IMG/VR virus record: IMGVR_UViG_2617270960_000003 | Coordinates: 1 to 45,189 of that record | DNA length: 45,189 bases | Reading direction: 5' to 3' (one strand) | Source: a virus | Lineage: Duplodnaviria > Heunggongvirae > Uroviricota > Caudoviricetes | Notes under the pieces: generated by a model | Told to the model about the DNA's origin: nothing | The model's input: only the letters and a program-made list of their open reading frames with translations | Database searches by the model: none | Part shown: positions 30,521 to 39,142 of the stretch, one piece after another | How the letters are laid out: each line of letters starts with the position of its first letter | Numbering within the stretch: the stretch's first letter is position 1 | Position numbers and translations under genes: made by a program

Positions 30521-30760
30521 AGAAAAGCCCCTCCGGAGAGGGGCTGAAGTATAGCCTAATTTCTGTCTGTCGCATGGTGCCAGGTGCCTCCCGGTAAATT
30601 CAGCCTGTCTACTGAATTTGCATGTTCTCTGGATCATACACTTTGCCAGATGCCCCGCCGCTGAGGGGGATTCACCATGCGATGTAATTTTTAACAAATT
30701 CTCCGGCAGCCAGACAATCATCAAGCTGTGGAATTGTGAGGTATTTAAAAATTTCAACGG
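30521..30760. repeat. copy 2 of the diverged ~240-bp direct repeat
   Basis: Same shared blocks as copy 1; on the minus strand each hairpin is followed by a T-rich run (terminator-like). Confidence 0.6.
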
Positions 30761-30915
30761 GTAACTGATACCCTGCTAATCGCCTGATGCTTTCTTTTTC
30801 AGCAACGGGAAAGCAACAACCACCACACCCGCCACCAAAACATCATCAGACAGCACCGACATTATCCGGCTGCTGAAGTCCACCATCACCACCAGAAACA
30901 ACAGGAGTGCAACCA

Positions 30916-30961
30916 CAGCTGCTTAGAAGGCAATTGCTCTGTCCGGCTGAGCTAACAACGC
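30916..30961 (-). pseudogene. tRNA-Arg(UCU)-like 5' fragment (acceptor, D and anticodon arms only)
   Basis: Minus-sense GCGTTGTTAGCTCAGCCGGACAGAGCAATTGCCTTCTAAGCAGCTG resembles the 5' half of argU-type tRNA; no T-arm or complementary 3' acceptor strand downstream. Confidence 0.3.
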
Positions 30962-30975
30962 AGAATACCGATAAA

Positions 30976-31052
30976 TGGACCGCCATCGAGAACTCGAACC
31001 CCGCGCAACCAGCTTCGAAGGCTGGCGCTCTATCCCGATGAGCTAATGGCGG
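30976..31052 (-). tRNA. tRNA-Arg (anticodon UCG)
   Basis: Hand-folded cloverleaf: acceptor CCGCCAT/ATGGCGG, D-stem GCTC/GAGC, anticodon stem CCAGC/GCTGG with loop CTTCGAA, T-loop TTCGAGT (T-stem has two G-U pairs), 3' CCA. Confidence 0.6.
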
Positions 31053-31059
31053 TATGTGA

Positions 31060-31135
31060 TGGTGGCCCTTGCTGGATTTGAACCAGCGACCTGGCGATTA
31101 TGAGTCGCTCGCTCTCACCACTGAGCTAAAGGGCC
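31060..31135 (-). tRNA. ileZ: tRNA with CAU anticodon, ileX/ileZ-like (tRNA-Ile2 or Met)
   Basis: Minus-sense GGCCCTTTAGCTCAGTGGTGAGAGCGAGCGACTCATAATCGCCAGGTCGCTGGTTCAAATCCAGCAAGGGCCACCA; canonical cloverleaf; near-identical to E. coli ileX as recalled. Confidence 0.8.
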
Positions 31136-31175
31136 GGGAGCCGCATAATAACGACGCGTAATTAATTCTTCAATA

Positions 31176-32234
31176 TCATCCGCTCTGGCTGACTAAATCC
31201 TGTACTTCCCGAACCGTCTGCTCAAAACGTTCAGTCTCCAGCTCAACGCCAATTGCACGACGCCCGAGCGCCAGTGCCGCTTTCACTGTCGAACCCGACC
31301 CCATGAAAAAATCTGCAATCAGGTCACCCGGACGACTGCTAGCGCTGATTATCTGCTGCAGCATTTCTGCCGGTTTTTCGCACGGATGTTTCCCGGGATA
31401 GAACTGCACCGGTTTATGCGTCCACACATCGGTATACGGCACCTGCACCGTCACGCCAAAATACCGCCGCAGATGTTTATATTCACTCAGCAGCTCCGCA
31501 TACTGCCGGTTCAGTGAGGTATACGTATCCACCAGCTGGTGGTGGAGCTTTTCCAGTTCACCACGCCGATGCTTCTCTTCTGCCACCCGGGCAAACAGCG
31601 CCTGTAATTTCAGATAATCGCTTTCATTCGGTAGCTGCCACTGACTGGCACTGAACCAGTGCGACACCATGTTTTTCTTTCCTGTGGCATCTGCAATCTG
31701 TTTTGCCGTTATCCCCAGGGCCGCGCGCGCATCACGAAAGTAAGAAATCAGCGGGGCCATCACATGCTGTTTCAGTGCACTGCCCTTCGCCGCATACCCG
31801 GCATCTTTCGGACGATACGGCCCCTGATAATGTTCCGCGAACAGAATGCGCTCTGTGGCGGGGAAATACGCCCGCAGGCTTTCCTTGTTGCACCCGTTCC
31901 AGCGTCCGGACGGCTTCGCCCAGATAATATGGTTCAGCACACTGAAGCGTTCACGCATCATGATTTCGATATCAGATGCCCGGCGATGACCACAGAACAG
32001 GTAAAGACTTCCGGCAGGTTTCAGCCCCCGCCAGAACTGCGCCAGACACTGGTCCAGCCACTTCAGGTAATCATCGTCGCCCTTCCACTGGTTATCCCAG
32101 CCCTCAGGCTTCACTTTAAAGTACGGCGGGTCCGTAACTATCAGGTCAACAGAATTTTCGGGTAACGACCGGATAAATTCCAGGCAGTCGGCGTTGATTA
32201 ACTCACAACTGGATATTTTTACAGTATTAAGCAT
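31176..32234 (-). CDS. DNA methyltransferase (orphan N6-adenine/N4-cytosine class; DPPY motif then C-terminal FxGxG), 352 aa
   Basis: ORF track; LIVTDPPYF catalytic motif and FFMGSGST SAM-binding motif. Confidence 0.8.
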   Translation of the reverse strand: MLNTVKISSCELINADCLEFIRSLPENSVDLIVTDPPYFKVKPEGWDNQWKGDDDYLKWLDQCLAQFWRGLKPAGSLYLFCGHRRASDIEIMMRERFSVLNHIIWAKPSGRWNGCNKESLRAYFPATERILFAEHYQGPYRPKDAGYAAKGSALKQHVMAPLISYFRDARAALGITAKQIADATGKKNMVSHWFSASQWQLPNESDYLKLQALFARVAEEKHRRGELEKLHHQLVDTYTSLNRQYAELLSEYKHLRRYFGVTVQVPYTDVWTHKPVQFYPGKHPCEKPAEMLQQIISASSRPGDLIADFFMGSGSTVKAALALGRRAIGVELETERFEQTVREVQDLVSQSG

Positions 32235-32384
32235 GGATCATTAAGCCTGTCTCTGATAGGCTCATTCTGCTTTTGCGCAAAGCAGTGGGCCTGAGGTTTG
32301 CTTGTGAACCCAACGCATGAGCAGATGGCTGGTGGGTGCCCCTAACACCCACCAGCCGCCCATTTACCATAAATAAAAAAGCCT

Positions 32385-32582
32385 TCACTGCGGAAGGCGT
32401 CTGTAACAACCGAACTGATAGTCTGCCAGACCCGCCATAACCAGCTGAGTCAGTATTAACTGGCAGCGTTCGCGTGAAAGGTAAGTATTCTGCGCTATCT
32501 CCCCGACTGTCGCCGGGTCGGTAACGCTTAATTCATTAAACACCACTCTGGCGGTTTCTGTCATATCCTGCTGTTTTAGCAT
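32385..32582 (-). CDS. hypothetical small protein, 65 aa, first gene after the late terminator
   Basis: ORF track; AAGGAAAAG upstream of ATG; possible helix-turn-helix. Confidence 0.45.
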   Translation of the reverse strand: MLKQQDMTETARVVFNELSVTDPATVGEIAQNTYLSRERCQLILTQLVMAGLADYQFGCYRRLPQ

Positions 32583-32702
32583 GTCTTTTCCTTTTCCGGT
32601 TAACGTGACACACCAATAACTCTTGTCGAAAAAGCCAGCAAGCTGAAAGACAGGTATTCACCGCCACCAGCGCGTTTACTGTACTGACGCGATTTCAGTC
32701 AT

Positions 32703-32726
32703 AAAAAACCCGCCAGGCGGCGGGGT
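32703..32726 (-). terminator. tR'-like rho-independent terminator downstream of the late promoter
   Basis: Minus-sense CCCGCC-GCCT-GGCGGG followed by TTTTTTAT, about 45 bp downstream of the predicted start site. Confidence 0.65.
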
Positions 32727-32773
32727 GTAAAAAATCTTCTAACGTCAGGCATAAAACGCCCATCGTTAGAGCA

Positions 32774-32801
32774 AATTTACCACAGATTCGGGAAAAATCA
32801 A
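32774..32801 (-). promoter_or_regulatory. late promoter pR'-like (TTGATT-16-TGgTAAATT) just downstream of Q
   Basis: Minus-sense -35 TTGATT (32796-32801), 16-bp spacer, extended -10 TGGTAAATT (32774-32782); position after Q as in lambda. Confidence 0.55.
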
Positions 32802-32806
32802 CAACA

Positions 32807-33628
32807 CTATCGCGTTACCCTCTTTAACTGCCGCTCCGCCCATGCCTCTTCAATGTCAAACCGAACCACCAACGTATCGTAAAAGCGTTTCACTGATTTT
32901 TTCCACGTATCAAGCGTGATAGCACTCGTCACTTTGCATATGGCATTAAATGCCTCCGTTGATGGCAGCCTTTCACAGCCACGACCACCACAACGCTGGC
33001 AATCTCTGATAACAGGCATACCACGTTTTACCGACTCTTCACGATGAATGGCGACACCACGCCCACGGCAATCCTTACAGGCGGTGGAAACCTCACCCTT
33101 TCCGCCACACTCCGGACAGGCAACTTTTACCACCTCCCTGACTTTTTTCCATTCTTCCCAGTAAGACGGATACACACCTTTCGTACACTTTGCCCATACT
33201 GGCGGCTTGCCATCCGGATACTGAACCTTGTTTGTAAAAACTTCGCTTTCAATAAATTTTTCCCCTCGGCAACAGGGGCACTGCTTTTTACTCGCTGCGC
33301 TGCGGGCATAATCCTCAAAAGCGTACGAAGCCATAATGCGCATCACTACCGGTTTTATTTCTGCCGGAAGTTTTCTCAACGCCGCCACACGATCGCACCG
33401 ACTGAGTGCATATTCTGTCAGCAATTCTGTTGCCCGCTCTCTGTCATTCATACTAATGCCCATTTTCCCAAGGAACGCAGAAAACCCCATCTCAGCCCGA
33501 TTCTGTGTCATGCCCTGCGCGGCCATCACATCAGTGATACTCAGCGCATCTTTCGACGTTGAGGCCGATGCATCAGTCAGGCCGGGGGATTTTGGGGAGT
33601 AGTATTTCGGTAAATCTTCCAGTTTCAT
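32807..33628 (-). CDS. putative late antiterminator Q (QuuQ-like, multiple CxxC zinc-binding motifs), 273 aa
   Basis: ORF track; sits between rusA and pR'/tR'; several CxxC pairs; assignment is mainly positional. Confidence 0.55.
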   Translation of the reverse strand: MKLEDLPKYYSPKSPGLTDASASTSKDALSITDVMAAQGMTQNRAEMGFSAFLGKMGISMNDRERATELLTEYALSRCDRVAALRKLPAEIKPVVMRIMASYAFEDYARSAASKKQCPCCRGEKFIESEVFTNKVQYPDGKPPVWAKCTKGVYPSYWEEWKKVREVVKVACPECGGKGEVSTACKDCRGRGVAIHREESVKRGMPVIRDCQRCGGRGCERLPSTEAFNAICKVTSAITLDTWKKSVKRFYDTLVVRFDIEEAWAERQLKRVTR

Positions 33629-33999
33629 TTTTTGACCTGCCCTTCAAGCATTATGGGGTAAATCTTCACCCCCAGACGTCCACCAGATACTGGCTGACCA
33701 CGAACGATATTGATTTCATCAAACTGCTCATCGTCCATTAACACTCCCGCATGCGTCAGCGCATCCAGCGGTGCTTTCAGGATATTGTCCAGGTCGCGAC
33801 GACGCTTATCCGGTAGCTCTGCAATCACCTTTATCGCCAGCCTTCCGGACAGGTTTAATTTCAGCCGCTGCTGGCGGACAATAAGTGCCACATCCCGGCG
33901 ATAACGCTCACCGGCTTTTGATACAAAATATGTGCTGCCACGACGACGCCAGTAGGTGTTCACCGTCGGCGGGTAAGGCAAAACAAACTCTATACGCAT
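33625..33999 (-). CDS. rusA: Holliday junction resolvase RusA, 124 aa
   Basis: ORF track; ...PPTVNTYWRRRG...KRRRDLDNILKAPLDALTHAGVLMDDEQ... matches the RusA family signature (DLDN); ATGA overlap with Q. Confidence 0.85.
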   Translation of the reverse strand: MRIEFVLPYPPTVNTYWRRRGSTYFVSKAGERYRRDVALIVRQQRLKLNLSGRLAIKVIAELPDKRRRDLDNILKAPLDALTHAGVLMDDEQFDEINIVRGQPVSGGRLGVKIYPIMLEGQVKK

Positions 34000-34011
34000 C
34001 AGTAATCTCTT

Positions 34012-35061
34012 TTACCCGAGCACGCCGGTTGCAAAGGCGCGATCAAGAAAACGAAAAATTAAATCAACCTGGGAACCATGCTTTTCTTCAAATGCCAGCG
34101 GATCAGCATGAAGTTCGTTGTGATGCTCCCGGCACAACGGTAGCGTGAAAATATCGTGGGCTTTTGTCCCTATTCCGCCCTGACCATGACCAATCAGGTG
34201 ATGGGGATCGTCGGCTGGCTTACCACAACACGCACACGGCTGTGTCTTTACCCAGCGTGTGTATTTCTCGTTAACCCAGCGGCGACGTTTAGGTCGTTTC
34301 ATGAAAGATTCCGGAGACTCAGGATCAACGGCAATGCTGACCACCGTCTTTTCCTGTGGTGGGTTCTGTTGCTGGTGGGCGTGAGGCAGCGGCGCAAGAT
34401 TTTTTGTGCGCTGTTTCAGTATGCTGGTGGCGGTCTGCTCTCCCGGTACGATGTCGCTTTCACGGTACATTGAGCGGATTTTTTCCGCACGCAACCCCAG
34501 CGAACGACGTAATACCGCTTCCGGTAGCGCGTCCGCCACCTGATTGCGGACCGCCCACCAGGATAATTCAGCCAGAGATAATTCACGCTCCTGCGTACCG
34601 CTTATTGCGTGACCGATGACGTCAATCATCCATGCTGACAGGTTTTGATGAGCAAGTTGCTCGAGTGATTCGGATGTCTGGTCACGCAGCTGGTTGTCGC
34701 AGTGCCAGCACAACACCATTGCGCCGGTACCATAACGGTGAATGACGGTTTCGCTGTGATGATAATCGCCGTGTGGCCACTGGCAGGATTTAATATGGCG
34801 CAACAGCCAGTCAGACAATGTACCAGCACCACCAGCAGCACGAATCACCCGTGCGTTACTGAAAAACGGCAGCAATGTTTTGTCTTCCACCAGCGGCTGG
34901 CGAGCGGCAGGAACGACCCCGGACGGCAGATTACGCATGCTTTTCGGTTCCGGCTCCACCAGTAACCGGGTATTGTGGAATACCGGCATGGATTCACGGC
35001 CCGGCTTAACGATCACCAGCCCGAGTTCCGGTACCAGAACAGGTCGAAGTAATACCCGCAC
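34012..35061 (-). CDS. DUF968 family protein (YdfU-like) with C-terminal HNH-like motif, 349 aa; start uncertain (GTG)
   Basis: ORF track; C-terminal CACCGKPADDPHHL...CREHHNELH; same size and position as Qin ydfU as recalled. Confidence 0.6.
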   Translation of the reverse strand: MRVLLRPVLVPELGLVIVKPGRESMPVFHNTRLLVEPEPKSMRNLPSGVVPAARQPLVEDKTLLPFFSNARVIRAAGGAGTLSDWLLRHIKSCQWPHGDYHHSETVIHRYGTGAMVLCWHCDNQLRDQTSESLEQLAHQNLSAWMIDVIGHAISGTQERELSLAELSWWAVRNQVADALPEAVLRRSLGLRAEKIRSMYRESDIVPGEQTATSILKQRTKNLAPLPHAHQQQNPPQEKTVVSIAVDPESPESFMKRPKRRRWVNEKYTRWVKTQPCACCGKPADDPHHLIGHGQGGIGTKAHDIFTLPLCREHHNELHADPLAFEEKHGSQVDLIFRFLDRAFATGVLG

Positions 35062-35062
35062 G

Positions 35063-35341
35063 TTACCTCCAGATGCGTTGCTGGAATGTGCGGGACGGAC
35101 GCGGTGGGCGTTCGGAGTAAGGAAGCCTGACGGAGATTATCCAGTGACGATAATCGAGGCTGAGGGCTTTCTTAATCTCGTATCCGTGTCTGCGGTAGCA
35201 CTGAATTAGCCACTCGGCCTGTTCTTCAGTGCATGGGGGATGCTGGAACCAGTCAGATTTGAAAGTGCGGGAACGCCGCCCGTGCCTGCTGGCAAAGACG
35301 GCAGAATCATCAGAATTGTGTAATTTGGTATCGTGCGCCAT
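35063..35341 (-). CDS. hypothetical nin-region protein (rem-like by position), 92 aa from internal ATG
   Basis: Track ORF 35063..35470 starts at GTG without a ribosome-binding site; ATG at 35339-35341 chosen; lies between hok and the DUF968 gene like Qin rem. Confidence 0.4.
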   Translation of the reverse strand: MAHDTKLHNSDDSAVFASRHGRRSRTFKSDWFQHPPCTEEQAEWLIQCYRRHGYEIKKALSLDYRHWIISVRLPYSERPPRPSRTFQQRIWR

Positions 35342-35507
35342 CGGTTGTCTCTGCTGGCGCAGCAGGTGCCAGTTGTTCAGGCTGGTGTGCGAATTGTAAA
35401 CCAGAATGCTAGGAAAAAACAAACCCCGCCGAAGCGGGTTAAGTGCGGGTGAGTTGAGGATGCCTGACACATCAGAGGTGGCGAGGGATTCTCCCCCGCC
35501 TGGTCTC

Positions 35508-35663
35508 TTACTCCTCAGGTTCGTAAACTGTGAAGACAGCGACCTCCGTCTGGCCGGTTCGGATTCGTACCTCGCAGAGGTCTTTCCTCGTTACCAGTAC
35601 AGTCACAATGACGGTTAAACAGATGACGATCAGGGCGATTAACATCGCCTTTTGCTGCTTCAT
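35508..35663 (-). CDS. hok: Hok/Gef family type I toxin, 51 aa
   Basis: MKQQKAMLIALIVICLTVIVTVLVTRKDLCEVRIRTGQTEVAVFTVYEPEE is near-identical to HokD/RelF as recalled. Confidence 0.85.
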   Translation of the reverse strand: MKQQKAMLIALIVICLTVIVTVLVTRKDLCEVRIRTGQTEVAVFTVYEPEE

Positions 35664-35899
35664 AGCCTGCTTCTCCTTGCCTTTCGGCACGTAAGAGGCT
35701 AACCTAGATTTGCCGTTCATAGATTGAGCCTCAGATTAATGTTAAGCGTCTTGCAGGACGCATAATGTTAACTGTGGCTTTTCTCTATCTGCCTTTGGTG
35801 TTCATGCTTGAGGCAGATAGCCTCAAGCACCCGCAGCAATTTTACTTAACTCCCCTTTTCCCACAAATCGTTTTTATCCCTATTGGTAATGTTCTCCCG

Positions 35900-35916
35900 A
35901 TGTGGGATTCCCACAT
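35900..35916. promoter_or_regulatory. perfect 17-bp palindrome ATGTGGGATTCCCACAT upstream of the kinase operon (candidate operator)
   Basis: Read directly; about 160 bp upstream of the kinase start in the AT-rich intergenic region. Confidence 0.4.
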
Positions 35917-36072
35917 TGGAACGAATTCAATCAGTTAAAGACTCATCAGAATCTCACCTTTCTAAGTGCCCACAGGTGAGGCATTGCAATAAAAATAGCA
36001 AACGTGTATAAAAGGAGGTAATGCATGTTTTTCCAGTCTTATCAATCCATTACTGAGAGTTAAGGGGGCGCC

Positions 36073-36867
36073 GTGGATCGGTGCGGTAATTATTTACTTA
36101 AAGATGGTCGCAGTTTAGGACAAGGGAGTTTTGGCGAAGTATTTAAGGTTGATGTCTATAACTTAACCCAGACCCACATGACCACATATGCTCGCAAATA
36201 CTTTTCACCTTGCCCGGACTTTGACAAGACCGCTATAAAAGAGTTGACTGATTTAAGACAGCGTTTTTTAGTTGAGATCAAAACACAATGCACTCTCAAT
36301 AGAATAAACTATGATTCAATAGCGCCAATAGTTTTATTTAATACAAATGGTGATAAACCTTATTTTGTTATGGAATTGGCAGAGTGTAACTTATATGAAG
36401 CCATCCGCAATGGTATGAATTACGCGGAGAGGAAGTCTGCTGTTACTCAGATTTTAAAAGGAATTATCACCATACATGAAAACAACTATATACATCGTGA
36501 TTTAAAACCAGGAAACATACTTTATTATGCCGATGGAAAGTATAAAATATCTGATTTTGGTCTAGTAAAAGACAGAGATACCTTACGGGCCGAAATCAAA
36601 ACAAAATTTAAGCCTAATCACATGGGCACAGATGGATATCGAGCACCCGAAATACATGATAGCGGTCTTTTTTCTTTTCAAAGCGACATATTTGCAGCAG
36701 GTAAAATTATCACTGATATATATCCCACAGAAAGAAGTGAAAAATTAAAAAGATTGATTGCAAAATGTTGCGCACATTGGCCTGAAGAACGATATCAAAG
36801 CACACGGGAGTTACTGGAAGATTTTTTAAAAGTGACGGGGGAGGTAAATCATGAAGAACATAATTGA
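36073..36867 (+). CDS. Hanks-type (eukaryotic-like) Ser/Thr protein kinase, 264 aa, GTG start
   Basis: ORF track; Gly-rich loop LGQGSFGEV, catalytic loop HRDLKPGNIL, DFG (ISDFGLV), APE (YRAPEI); AAGGGGG 4 nt upstream of GTG; AT-rich. Confidence 0.85.
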   Translation: MDRCGNYLLKDGRSLGQGSFGEVFKVDVYNLTQTHMTTYARKYFSPCPDFDKTAIKELTDLRQRFLVEIKTQCTLNRINYDSIAPIVLFNTNGDKPYFVMELAECNLYEAIRNGMNYAERKSAVTQILKGIITIHENNYIHRDLKPGNILYYADGKYKISDFGLVKDRDTLRAEIKTKFKPNHMGTDGYRAPEIHDSGLFSFQSDIFAAGKIITDIYPTERSEKLKRLIAKCCAHWPEERYQSTRELLEDFLKVTGEVNHEEHN

Positions 36868-37567
36868 AATGGCATGTTTTAGCCTAAAACAACCCCAAAA
36901 AAAAGAAAATGAAGACTTTTATTTACCGCCATCTTTTGATAGCGATTTTAACATTGTCTTTGCAGTAGCTGATGGGGTTGGTTCCTCTGAACATTCAATG
37001 CTTGCATCTCATGCAGCCATTCGTGGCATTAGACACACGCTAGGCACTTCCTTTTTCTCAATTGAAAGTGCATTTCATTCAGCTAAAAAAGAAATTGACA
37101 ATTTAGATATTAGCACTGCCACAACCTTAACAATTGTTCAGATCAAAAAAAATGAAGTGTTAATTGGTCATTCCGGTGATTGCCGAGTATACTTCAATAA
37201 AAACAATAAACTAAATCAGTTAACCACTGATCAAACGAGATATCAAGAACTCCTTGATTCTGGTGAACATAAATTACGTAATTTAAGAAATCATAAAGAA
37301 CGGCTATCTTCAGTCCTAACGAATGCTTTATCAAATACAACGGATTTGAATTTTGAGTTAATGTCTTTTCCGATTAGCCAGCTAATTTATAATGGCTATC
37401 TTCAACTCTATGCAATGACTGATGGTGCCTATAAGCATTGGGATGTCAGACCAAGGTTTTCTGAGAAGACAATGCTCTCACCAACAGCTTTTGCGAGTAG
37501 TTTAAGAAAAAGGATTGAGAAAAATATAATGGATGATTACACCTTTATAGGCGTAAAAGTAACCTAA
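36851..37567 (+). CDS. PP2C-family Ser/Thr phosphatase, 238 aa
   Basis: ORF track; FAVADGVGSSE, GHSGDCRVY and MTDGAY motifs; GGGGGAGG upstream; start overlaps kinase 3' end by 17 nt. Confidence 0.8.
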   Translation: MKNIIEMACFSLKQPQKKENEDFYLPPSFDSDFNIVFAVADGVGSSEHSMLASHAAIRGIRHTLGTSFFSIESAFHSAKKEIDNLDISTATTLTIVQIKKNEVLIGHSGDCRVYFNKNNKLNQLTTDQTRYQELLDSGEHKLRNLRNHKERLSSVLTNALSNTTDLNFELMSFPISQLIYNGYLQLYAMTDGAYKHWDVRPRFSEKTMLSPTAFASSLRKRIEKNIMDDYTFIGVKVT

Positions 37568-37826
37568 TTTTAGATATCCAAGATATTTACTCTAATTTAA
37601 CCATAGTATTCCCAACCTCTTTTTATTGGGGGTTGGGTTCATTAAAGTCACCATTTTCTATTTCTTTCCCGTTAGAGGATATATTATTTCCAGATAAAGA
37701 AAGCAACTTCTTATGCAACTTCATATCACGCCATGCTTCCACCGCGGTAACTCTACATAGTCCATTAACAGTTCATGCCATTCTTCAAAACTGGCGTTAT
37801 ATTTAGTTGAAGCAAAATCAGCCATT

Positions 37827-38000
37827 TTATTCTTCCTCTTCGTCTTTTATTTCGTGATATGAGTAATTGCAGTAGTTAAAGAAAATATCTTTTGCTTCGT
37901 CATGTATTTCATCAGGCGTCGCATCATCATCCACTTCGAATTCATCCTCGAAATCTCCACCGGCTATTCCCGTTTCAATAATTATTTTGAACTTTCGCAT
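37827..38000 (-). CDS. possible small acidic protein, 57 aa (below track length cut-off)
   Basis: Hand translation MRKFKIIIETGIAGGDFEDEFEVDDDATPDEIHDEAKDIFFNYCNYSYHEIKDEEEE; weak ribosome-binding site. Confidence 0.25.
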   Translation of the reverse strand: MRKFKIIIETGIAGGDFEDEFEVDDDATPDEIHDEAKDIFFNYCNYSYHEIKDEEEE

Positions 38001-38202
38001 TTAACTACCGCCCTGCCGGACAGCCTCCTGATGTTCTGAGGGCGCCCCCCTCCGGTTAAGGATTAAATTTTTAACAGTGCTAAATTTAATTATTCAGTTC
38101 TTGATTTTGTCGCCCTGCGTATCCGCGCTTTCGCGTTACGCTCAATCTGAATTAGCTTTTCTATATTTTTCCGCCTTTCCTGTTCCTCCTGGAGCAATAA
38201 CC

Positions 38203-38445
38203 TTACATCATCTGCCAGTCTGGTTTCTCTTTTCGCCACAGAGAGCATCCAGTCAAATGGCTCCACAACTGCACCGCAGATTTTACAGCGGACCTGACGC
38301 TCTTTTTCTCAACCCGGACAGAGGCGTGATGGCAATATGGTCTTTCCGATGGCTCATAAAGAAAATTAACCTGATTACGAGGGTCATCCTCTTTTGCCGG
38401 AAATAAAACGATATTGCTTAACTCATCTTCTGGTTTTATTTCCAT
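38203..38445 (-). CDS. hypothetical protein, 80 aa from internal ATG
   Basis: AAAGGAGA 5 nt upstream of ATG at 38443-38445; track ORF extends 27 codons further. Confidence 0.5.
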   Translation of the reverse strand: MEIKPEDELSNIVLFPAKEDDPRNQVNFLYEPSERPYCHHASVRVEKKSVRSAVKSAVQLWSHLTGCSLWRKEKPDWQMM

Positions 38446-39142
38446 GCTCCTCTCCTTTGATGCGAATGCCAGCGGCGCGTGGCACATTAACTTCCACGAT
38501 GCGCACAGTTGGTTTGTACATCTCAATCGCTGTCAGCCAGTCAGCTCCTGTCATGCGTTTTTCCGCATCGCCATTAGTCCACTGAACCGGCACACCAATA
38601 GCCTTCATCGCGATTTCTATTTCCCCGGCAATGGCGCTTTTTCCGCAACCAGTAAAACCAGATACAACGACAAGAACTTCGCCTTTGGCTGGTTTTATTT
38701 CCCGTGCTTCCAGTTCTGCTATGCGCTTACTTCCATCCGCGATTACTCCCTCGTAATACTCACGCTGCTCGTTGAGTTTTGATTTTGCTGCTTCAAGCTC
38801 AACGCGCAGCTTCCCTACCGTTAGCGCAATCTCCTCGTTCTCCTGGTCGCGGCGTTTTATGTATTGCTGGTTTCTTTCCCGTTCATCCAGCAGTGCCAGT
38901 ACGGTAGCCGGGTTAGCCTCTGCTATAAATGCTGCGTTTGCATAAGCCTGAGCATCTGTTTCAACCAGGCAGTTAGCATGACATTCTGCAATCACGCCAC
39001 CGGGTTCTCCTTTCCATTTTTGACAAACAAAAACTCCTGTTAAATTGCCGTACTGGTTAACAGATGTATGCCCTACGATGTAGCTTCCTTTAGTTGCTTT
39101 TTCTGCCTTGGCACGCAGTACCTGATAGTCAATCTTGCTCAC
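38423..39142 (-). CDS. hypothetical early-region protein with C-terminal P-loop (GFTGCGKS), 239 aa
   Basis: ORF track; Walker A-like SGFTGCGKS; coiled-coil-like middle; possibly Ead/Ea22-like (uncertain recollection). Confidence 0.5.
   Translation of the reverse strand: MSKIDYQVLRAKAEKATKGSYIVGHTSVNQYGNLTGVFVCQKWKGEPGGVIAECHANCLVETDAQAYANAAFIAEANPATVLALLDERERNQQYIKRRDQENEEIALTVGKLRVELEAAKSKLNEQREYYEGVIADGSKRIAELEAREIKPAKGEVLVVVSGFTGCGKSAIAGEIEIAMKAIGVPVQWTNGDAEKRMTGADWLTAIEMYKPTVRIVEVNVPRAAGIRIKGEEHGNKTRR

Noticed and set aside
30061-30760. CRISPR array
   Set aside because: Only two long (~240 bp) diverged copies, no short regular repeat-spacer periodicity, no cas genes.
29450-30900. Possible Shiga toxin genes between the tRNA cluster and nanS-p
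   Set aside because: No ORF of stxA or stxB size or character on the late strand; the region holds only an AT-rich opposite-strand ORF and repeats.
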